DNA from: Octopus bimaculoides
Lineage: Eukaryota
DNA: 41,775 nucleotides
Assembly: GCF_001194135.2 (NCBI RefSeq)
Contig: NC_068988.1
Span: 92,449,557 to 92,491,331 of the forward strand
Reading direction: 5' to 3'
Shown here: in pieces, positions 33,669 through 41,775 of the stretch
How positions within the stretch are numbered: position 1 is the stretch's first letter
How the letters are laid out: every line of letters starts with the position of its first letter
The notes under the pieces: generated by a model
What the model saw: only the letters and a program-made list of their open reading frames with translations
Database searches by the model: none
What the model was told of the DNA's origin: nothing
Program-made: the position numbers and the translations under genes

Positions 33669-34215
33669 NNNNNNNNNNNNNNNNNNNNNNNNNNNNNNNN
33701 NNNNNNNNNNNNNNNNNNNNNNNNNNNNNNNNNNNNNNNNNNNNNNNNNNNNNNNNNNNNNNNNNNNNNNNNNNNNNNNNNNNNNNNNNNNNNNNNNNNN
33801 NNNNNNNNNNNNNNNNNNNNNNNNNNNNNNNNNNNNNNNNNNNNNNNNNNNNNNNNNNNNNNNNNNNNNNNNNNNNNNNNNNNNNNNNNNNNNNNNNNNN
33901 NNNNNNNNNNNNNNNNNNNNNNNNNNNNNNNNNNNNNNNNNNNNNNNNNNNNNNNNNNNNNNNNNNNNNNNNNNNNNNNNNNNNNNNNNNNNNNNNNNNN
34001 NNNNNNNNNNNNNNNNNNNNNNNNNNNNNNNNNNNNNNNNNNNNNNNNNNNNNNNNNNNNNNNNNNNNNNNNNNNNNNNNNNNNNNNNNNNNNNNNNNNN
34101 NNNNNNNNNNNNNNNNNNNNNNNNNNNNNNNNNNNNNNNNNNNNNNNNNNNNNNNNNNNNNNNNNNNNNNNNNNNNNNNNNNNNNNNNNNNNNNNNNNNN
34201 NNNNNNNNNNNNNNN

Positions 34216-34269
<54 letters not shown>

Positions 34270-34574
34270 CTATAAACTGCATTGGTTTTTATATTCTAAT
34301 TATTAAAAATATTTAAATACATTGTGACAATATAACATTTACAAAAGAAAAAAAGAAGAAATTGTTATAACTTTGATTATTAAACACTTCGAGAAACTGT
34401 TACTTCGGTCAACTGTTTTCGGTAGACTGTTCTCTCGACCAACTGTCCTCATTCGGTTTATACATACCCGACGCTAACTTAGAGACAAGAGTATATGTCA
34501 CGTACTCCCATAGCCCATAATATTACAGCTCGAGGTCACAGTTTAACAGTCGCGTTTACTGGTAGTTTTAAACA

Positions 34575-34660
34575 CTGGTCATGCGACTTTCCTTACTCTA
34601 CCCAACCACCCTACATACTGGTCATGCGACTTTCCTTACCCTACCCAACCACCCTACATG
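34575..34660. repeat. 43-bp tandem duplication
   Basis: CTGGTCATGCGACTTTCCTTACYCTACCCAACCACCCTACATR occurs twice, with 2 differences. Confidence 0.9.
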
Positions 34661-34746
34661 CTGTATCATAGCAACAGTCTTCAATGATAAACTATAAGAT
34701 TTTTAAATCATATTTAAGACTGAGTCACACATAGTGTACCGAGTGG

Positions 34747-34783
<37 letters not shown>

Positions 34784-34891
34784 TAGTATGAAGACATTTG
34801 GAGGTCTCTTTACAGCTGTATATGTGAGAAGAGAATGTAGGGGTGTATGTGCATGTCGCGCGTGTGTAAGCATGTGTTATTACGTGTGTGT

Positions 34892-34946
<55 letters not shown>

Positions 34947-35100
34947 TATGTGTGCGTGCGTGTGTGTTGAGCGTAAGCATTCCTTTTGACAGAATAAAAC
35001 AATCTATAAATATTGGTGAAATAAAGATAGATATCATAAATCGTGTGTATGAATGTGTATGTGATTGTATATGTGTGTATGAGTGTGTACGCGCGCGCGC

Positions 35101-35136
<36 letters not shown>

Positions 35137-35477
35137 TTATCTGTCGCGCACTTTGTTATGGACATGACTATAAGCTATAGTAGTATACAGAGACAGACTG
35201 CAACAGGCCATAGCCTTCAGTTAAACAACTAAAGATATGTTTGCAACTATCGATTAGATTCAATATATTTTCTGTGAAATATAGCTTACATATATTGAGA
35301 AAGAGGTGAGGAGAGGGTTACTTATGTAGCATTACTGTTTAAAAACATACGCGGTAGTTTCTTCAGAACTTCAATTCCACTATTCCATATCCAATTTGAC
35401 GGAAAAAATAAATGAAAAAGAAAATATCATTGATGACGAGAAGGAATGCTTGTTGTTTTTTTTTTATACATAGAAGT

Positions 35478-35631
35478 GTGAGTGGCTCAAACGTGGCTGT
35501 AGGTAAAGAAACTTGCTCCTCAACCATGTTGTCTTGGGTTCAGTCCTACTGTGTATTACCTTGGGCAAGTGCTTTCTTCTATATCTTGAGCCGAGTGAAT
35601 GAATTTGGTTGACGAAACTGAAGGAAGCCCG

Positions 35632-35633
<2 letters not shown>
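35478..35633 (+). mobile_element. SINE, family C
   Basis: GTGGCTGTAGGTAAAGAAAC...GGGTTCAGTCC...CCTTGGGCAAGTG...GACGAAACTGAAGGAAGCCCGTC plus (AT)n. Confidence 0.8.
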
Positions 35634-35669
<36 letters not shown>

Positions 35670-35900
35670 CGTCGTGACACTCGTCGGTTAGGACGTCGAG
35701 GGTTCCAGGCGATCCGATCAACGGAACAGCCTGCTCGTGAAATTAACGCACAAGTGGCTGAGCACTCCACAGACACGTGTACCCTTAACGTAGTTCTTGG
35801 GGGAGATTCAGCGTGACACAAAGTGTGACAAGGCTGGCCCTTTGAAATACAGGCACAACAGAAACAGGAGGAAAGAGAGAAAGTTGTGATGAAAGAATAT
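35670..35900. repeat. CpG-rich interspersed repeat fragment
   Basis: CCGATCAACGGAACAGCCTGCTCGTGAAATTAAC...CAGCGTGACACAAAGTGTGACAAGGCTGGCCC is recalled as a common octopus repeat. No second copy occurs in the window. Confidence 0.45.
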
Positions 35901-36384
35901 ANNNNNNNNNNNNNNNNNNNNNNNNNNNNNNNNNNNNNNNNNNNNNNNNNNNNNNNNNNNNNNNNNNNNNNNNNNNNNNNNNNNNNNNNNNNNNNNNNNN
36001 NNNNNNNNNNNNNNNNNNNNNNNNNNNNNNNNNNNNNNNNNNNNNNNNNNNNNNNNNNNNNNNNNNNNNNNNNNNNNNNNNNNNNNNNNNNNNNNNNNNN
36101 NNNNNNNNNNNNNNNNNNNNNNNNNNNNNNNNNNNNNNNNNNNNNNNNNNNNNNNNNNNNNNNNNNNNNNNNNNNNNNNNNNNNNNNNNNNNNNNNNNNN
36201 NNNNNNNNNNNNNNNNNNNNNNNNNNNNNNNNNNNNNNNNNNNNNNNNNNNNNNNNNNNNNNNNNNNNNATACGGCAATAAGAAAATGGAGGGGATCAAG
36301 GGGTGGTATTCATCAACTTTTAGACATATTACGTCTATTTATTTATTTAAAAAGAACAGTTTAATATTTTATCATTGAAACTCG

Positions 36385-36588
36385 TCTTATCCGACCCAAA
36401 TATTCTGCCTGTTTTATGTTTAAACCAGTTAGATCTGGCCTCTCACACCTACCTTACAGTGTCGTTCTAAATATAAACAATCACATCATTGAAGTCTCGA
36501 AGCTATTCGATAATGCATGATGAATTCAAAACACTATAAGTAAATAAGTATCACATTTGGCAGAGTAATCTGAATGCTAAAGGGTCAA
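36385..36588. mobile_element. Partial piggyBac-like MITE
   Basis: Ends AATGCTAAAGGG followed by TCAA (degenerate TTAA). The interior is recalled as a common octopus MITE; the other end is lost. Confidence 0.5.
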
Positions 36589-36590
36589 CA

Positions 36591-36845
36591 CTGTAATTCT
36601 CATCCATTTGTTGCCTCGATTCCTATTTTACTCGGAGAGATCTCCATAACCTCCTGAAGCTGAAAAAAAACAAAAAAACCTATCATATTTTGATGATCAA
36701 ATATTGTTAGGAATTGTATTTAAAAAAAAAAAGATTGTTGAAATATTTTGTTATCGAAGTATAGCCAAGTTATTGCACAAAGTTTTACATCAAAATCATA
36801 TAGGGACCCCACAAGGGTCATATGGACCCTGGTTGAAAACCACTG
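36591..36845. mobile_element. Second, more diverged copy of the 6919-7142 hAT MITE
   Basis: Shares TTCCTATTTTA.TC, TTAGGAA and AAGGG.CATATGGA.CC.GTTGA.AACCA.TG with 6919-7142. Confidence 0.6.
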
Positions 36846-37599
36846 GGTTAAAACGTCTACGACGTGCGTCAGTAACGTTTGACTGTAACGTATGACAATA
36901 AAAATTCATAAAGTACAAATATATTGAAATGCAGTCAGTGAAGTGGAGGAAACTAGTAGTGGCGTGTGTCGCCATGAGTCAATAACAACAGCAAGAACTG
37001 TAATATTCTACATTTTCACAGGAGGAAGAAATACCTGCTTAGACTAAACATTGCTATTGCAGACATTTTATTGAGTTTAGATTTTCTTTGTTGACGAAGT
37101 TCGTAATTTTAAGAGGTTGAATTGGTGTGAAAGATCAAAAGCTGAGATAATGTTGAGATAGTCTTCTGCTTAATTAGAGAGATTTGCGAGTTCAACTCGT
37201 TCACTGTTTTAATGTTTGCAGCTAGAATTAGTGCTAACATACACCATAAGAGATATCAGAGTCATTAAGACATTATTTCTACTGGATCTATCAATGGTTT
37301 TAAGTACCTCGAACCTGAAAGTCTCATTATTCAATCCTCACCACGTCAAGACAACTTCAATTTTATGTGACTCAAATGCGTTAATGAGATACAATTAATT
37401 AAGCACTAATGTATTCAATAGGCATGAAACTTTGCGAAAGTAGAGTAAAGTGTCTGAGATGGGCACAATGCAAACACATGTCTCGTTCCACCGTTTTATG
37501 GGTTACGATTAAGAATATTTAAGCACAAAATCCTGATTCATAATGAAGGGTAAATGAGATTGTGATGTCCTTGCGTCTCTCAAAAAACACAAGCGTAAA

Positions 37600-37745
37600 T
37601 TGTAGATATAATTGTGCAGTGAAAAGTACTCTCCGTAACTATGAGGTTTCGGGTTCCATTCCACAGCTCAGTACCCTTTTGCAAGTGTCTCTACCATTGC
37701 CTTAATTTGACTAATTCCTTGTCAGTGGAATTTGGAAGGCAGAAA
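37600..37745 (+). mobile_element. SINE, family C (old)
   Basis: GGGTTCCATTCCAC...TTTGCAAGTGTCT...CCTTGTCAGTGGAATTTGG follows the family C layout. Confidence 0.5.
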
Positions 37746-38124
37746 TAGTTTGTAGGGAGGACCTCTCTCGTCGTTTTAATAGGTCACCTGATTTAACGCC
37801 ATTGTCTGGTTCCTGAGTGCCATCACCAGAGTCCATGCTATTGTAAGAATTCGGACACGGTCTCCAGTCTGAAGATAAATTACACCTGCCCTCCAACAAT
37901 CTCGGAGGTCCAGCAAAGTGTTATGGACATTACCCTTCCACTTCGGACATTACCTCATTACCAACCCAACCGCCATAATCCAAACTAATGACTTGTAGGG
38001 ACGCGGTATTTCATAATGTAACCATAGTATACCATAAAGTAAATTAAACGTTTTTTTTTTTAATAAGTCAATACGGAGCTGACATTAGAAGTCAACACCT
38101 TGTTCTACTGTGTTAGCAGTGCAC

Positions 38125-38164
38125 TTTTGTTACGACGTTTCATATCCGAGACGTCGTAACAAAA
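38125..38164. other. Perfect 14-bp inverted repeat with a 12-nt spacer
   Basis: TTTTGTTACGACGT / ACGTCGTAACAAAA. Confidence 0.9.
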
Positions 38165-38662
38165 ATCAGAGATGGCTATAATTTCTATTGAACGTCTGTA
38201 GCGATAACCTTAACAAGTAATCCGAACTAAATAAGCGACCCACCTGATTTAAATGTTTAATACTATAGACAATGCTTAGATAGTGAAGAGTAGCAGAGAC
38301 GGTACAGCACCCAACTGAATAAATGCTTTATCGTATAAACACCCGTCTCATTATCTTCTGGGTTCGAATCATGTTAGAATTTAGGTCTAGCTTTCATCTG
38401 TCTTTAGTCAAAAACTTTCTTATCAGTCATGTTCTGAAGCAGATTCAGTTCAGCAAACACACATACACATACCGCTCCTTACACGTGTGTGGTTCTTTTC
38501 TGATAATATGAGGATTTATTATTTCACGCAATTGTTAGTGTTCTTCTGGTTGTATTGTGTATTTCTGGATCACATTAGTATAGGACGTAGATACATAACT
38601 ATCCTTGTATCTCACACATAAAGCTTTTCCAATGTCACACACGTAACTATCTTCGTGTCACA

Positions 38663-38875
38663 CGAGGGAACGCTGAAAAGCTCCTGGCTTTGGGGAAAAG
38701 AAAATACAGGAGAATCGGTTGATTATGATTTTATTCCACATTCCCCTTTCAGATTCACACTTATTGCAGCAATCCTTCAGTTTTTCTAAGCCCTGTAAAA
38801 GAACTCGGAAGGTTGGACATCCACTAAAGCCTTTCGCGATACCCTTAAAGCCAGGAACTTTTCAGCACTCCCTCG
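38663..38875 (-). mobile_element. Mariner-derived MITE
   Basis: CGAGGGAACGCTGAAAAGCTCCTGGCTTT / AAAGCCAGGAACTTTTCAGCACTCCCTCG-TA; collinear with 29089-29302. Confidence 0.9.
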
Positions 38876-39159
38876 TACTTAACTGCTCGTGCGTTTCATA
38901 TACATACACATACACACACTCATGCACACATAGATTTCTCTCTATGTGTTACGCACATAAATGTCTTAGTGACACATATAACTATCCCAGTGTCACATAT
39001 AGAACACTCTGTGCCTCTGCATATCTCACTGTCTGTCTGTCTGCTTCTGCCACACACGCATAGATGCATCTTTATCCATATATGAGACAGTATGATAATT
39101 GTGTGATACAGTATGATAAGGCTTGGCCATTTAATGACGAGCTCAATCCATGCTACGGA

Positions 39160-39300
39160 CTCCATAAAGTTTCCATCTACGCAAAATCGCTCACAGGTTT
39201 GGATCGACGCGTGCTTATAGCAAAAGACCTAAGATGCTATACACAGCATAACTGAACGCGGGGTTCTGAAATTGCAAAGCGACCTTCTTAACTATTCGTC
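39160..39300 (-). mobile_element. SINE, family C (old)
   Basis: AGTTTCCATCTAC...CTCACAGG...TATAGCAAAAGAC is the reverse complement of the family C 3' half. Confidence 0.5.
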
Positions 39301-39709
39301 CACGTCGTACATTTAATTTTGTCCGCATTGTAACATTATATCTGGCATAACATTGCTCGTATTTTAATAGATAGTTGTTCGTTACTATTGCTCAGACGCC
39401 TTGGAGGCAGAGGTAAGTGAATCCAGTAAGTCGTTAAAAATTAAGAAAAAGGAAAGAAAATGAAGCCATTTGGTTCCAAGGTGTCGAAAATGTTACATGA
39501 TCTAACCACGGGACCTAAATTTTTTTATAGTGAAGCAAAATATATATTTAGGTCTAGGGATGTTTACTTATTCATAATCTACACTGTACTGGTCCTTTTA
39601 CAACTAGAGCACGCGTGCACATACACATAAATGTATGATTGTGTTGTTAAAAGTTCGCTTCTCAGCCATATATATAATTGCTAAGGAAATAACAATAATG
39701 AAAAGTAGA

Positions 39710-40310
39710 ACGAACAAAGCTAATACAGGCCGAAATGATGTTATCGGGGAATGAAGAGCGCGTAAAATTATTGAGAACGCAAAGTTTTATAAAGAAAAGG
39801 AACAAACTGTTGCTTCATCATCGAATTTCCAAACATCAAAAGCATTGCAAAGATTAAAATGAAACGTCTATTGTTAAGTTGGATCAAAGATTGCTATCAA
39901 AAGTCCATTCCTTTAAGTCAAATGACTATCAAAAACGAAGGCTGCCATTCCAGTCCAAAGAAAACGAAAATGAAAGACAAATCGACGAAACATTTCTGGA
40001 TCTTCTAGATGGGTCGACAAGTTTAGCCGACGATTTGAAATTCATAATATTAAATTGTAGCTAGAGGGAAAGTGCAGTGCAGACGATAATACATCAGTCA
40101 GATATATTGCTGAATTAAAAAGACATATTGAAGATGGTGGTTATTTTGAACAATTTATAAATGTTCTTGAAACGGTATTGTTTGGGAAACGCATGCTTAA
40201 TGAAAGTTACTTGGCTTTAGGAAGAAAATTTGTAACCCAGGTTAGTGTCTTAGGAATTGTTTGGCTCTCATGGTGATGACATTTTAAGTTTAAAGCAGCA
40301 GCATATATGA
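39710..40310 (+). mobile_element. Degraded Tigger/pogo transposase fragment
   Basis: MKRLLLSWIKDCYQKSIPLSQMTIK (CENP-B-type HTH) from 39859, then SRWVDKFSRRFEIHNIKL*...ELKRHIEDGGYFEQFINVLETVLFGKRM, matching GWF.RFK.R...GGY..EQIFN.DETGLFWKRM with the first DDE Asp lost. Confidence 0.85.
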
Positions 40311-40392
40311 CAAATATATATATATTTGTATATATGATATACAAATATGGCCGACAAATGAAAGAATTTAAATAATAGCAGTGGGAATTGCA

Positions 40393-40393
40393 G

Positions 40394-40463
<70 letters not shown>

Positions 40464-40470
40464 CACCACC
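40393..40470. repeat. (CTA)n(CCA)n compound microsatellite
   Basis: Directly visible, immediately upstream of the Penelope fragment. Confidence 0.95.
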
Positions 40471-41706
40471 GAAACCCACCGCCTCAGTAACTTTTTAGAT
40501 ACCCTCTTAAAACCATTCTCAAGCATGTCAAAAGCTCCATAAGGGACAACCTGGATATACTCAATCACCTCCCTGAAACAATAAACAAAAACACCCTACT
40601 AGTGACCTTTGAGGCAGCCAACCTCTATTCCAATATCCCGCGCAGCCTAGGAATAGAGGCAATCGAATTCTGGCTTGAGAATTACTCCAATGAACTTCCA
40701 CACTGCATCAAAAAAGAATTCGTGATAGAAGGGCTAAAATTCATTTTGGAGAATAACTACTTCGTCTTCCAAGACAACTTCTATCGACAAAAATCGGGGA
40801 CTGTGATGGGTACGAGAATGACCCCCTCCTTTGCTAACCTAGTTATGGGGTATCTAGAAATTAGTCTTTGTCGTAAGGTTCTAGAAAAATACAGCAACCC
40901 ATTCTCCCTCTACATAGAAAATAACTGGAAGAGATACCTTGATTATAATATTTGGCATGAAAGTATAGAGAGACTAAAAGAATTCCAAGCACTTATAAAT
41001 GGGCTTGACGTAAACATTCATTTCACGATGGAATATAGCCATCAACAACTTCCCTTCCTCGACATCCTCATTAAGAAATCTAACAACGTAATAGAAACAG
41101 ATATATACTATAAGCCCAAAGACTCCAAACATTATCTACCATTCAACTCATGCCACTCCAGGCACACCCAAATGAATATCCTCTTCAACCTAACAAAAAG
41201 GATATGTACTATAGTTTCTAATGCAAACACCAGAGACACACGACTACATGAGCTAAAGGATACACTCATCACCAGGAACTACCCACCCTCACTAATTGAC
41301 ATATGCTTTCAACGTGCCCTTCAACTCAACATCCACGAACTCAGACATCTTAAATTAAAGAAGGATTTACAACCAAAAGCCCTACCATACATCTCCACAC
41401 ACAACCCTCTTAACAATGAAGCCTTTGACACCATCCTTCAAAACATTCCCATGCTAAAAAATGACCACAGAATGAACTTAATCCTCCAAACACACACCAT
41501 CATAAAAAGCAAGAGACAACCCAAATCTATGAAAAGTCTCCTAACACAAACCCGAATACGCTCAACAACACAGAAGCCGTCGGTAAAAAAAAATGCGGAA
41601 GACCCAACTGTGGGATATGCGTCAATTTAATTGAGGGATCAGAGTTCTCCTTCAAACAGGGACAATGTTTCACAGTGAAAAGCAGCTTCACATGTGCTTC
41701 AAGAAA
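40471..41706 (+). mobile_element. Penelope-like element (probably Neptune-type): reverse transcriptase, Cys-rich linker and start of the GIY-YIG region
   Basis: ORF 40602-41630 reads TFEAANLYSNIP...QKSGTVMGTRMTPSFANLVMG...WKRYLDY...LPFLDI...DIYYKPKDSKHYLPFNSCH. After an A-run frameshift: KCGRPNCGICVNLIEGSEFSFKQGQCFTVKSSFTCAS, where homology stops. The catalytic Asp positions are altered. Confidence 0.9.
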
Positions 41707-41775
41707 GATATCCCAAGAATTCAACCACAAGTCACTTTCAGGGCACTTGACCATTTAACATCCTACTATTATCAT

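Larger units (their letters stand above)
32220..34463. mobile_element. Possible TIR element with subterminal ACAGTTG.CCGAA repeats, enclosing other insertions
   Basis: Left GCATAAACCGAACGAGGACACTTGATCG versus reverse complement of the right end GTATAAACCGAATGAGGACAGTTGGTCG. Arrays of ~15-bp repeats sit at 32535-32625 (forward) and 34395-34447 (reverse). No TSD match, so the ends may belong to two separate copies. Confidence 0.4.

Noticed and set aside
5524-36299. Long ORFs in the track that span N-runs or simple repeats (for example 10203-11570, 29221-30259, 30747-31987)
   Set aside because: They are open only because Ns and di-, tri- or tetranucleotide repeats lack stops.
36945-37095. GPCR TM1/TM2-like words (GN-LVVACV, LNIAIADILLSL)
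   Set aside because: The words need frameshifts, their spacing is too long, a stop follows immediately, and no further helices appear.

Overview
This is eukaryotic, AT-rich, repeat-dense DNA from a gapped short-read scaffold: 18 N-gaps totalling about 6.2 kb (~15%), most flanked by microsatellites. The SINE/MITE families and the microsatellite load look like an octopus (coleoid cephalopod) genome; this is inference from recalled repeat sequences, not a database result. I find no supportable host protein-coding exon, tRNA, rRNA or CRISPR array, so the window reads as intergenic or intronic. Most ORF-track entries are artefacts of simple repeats and N-runs. The real coding remnants are all transposon fossils: two Penelope-like elements (24.4 kb minus, 40.5 kb plus), an R4/Dong-type LINE 3' end beside a (TAA)n tract, an RTE/BovB-type RT fragment, an internally deleted mariner with both TIRs, and a Tigger/pogo transposase fragment. 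There are also many tRNA-derived SINEs (my labels A, B, C, E) and hAT, mariner and fold-back MITEs. I cannot support a new biological system here. The best leads are modest: a GC-rich pre-miRNA-like hairpin at 27.1 kb, a closely spaced inverted SINE pair at 12.3-12.8 kb, and hammerhead-ribozyme core motifs in repeats. Repeat boundaries are approximate and were aligned by eye.
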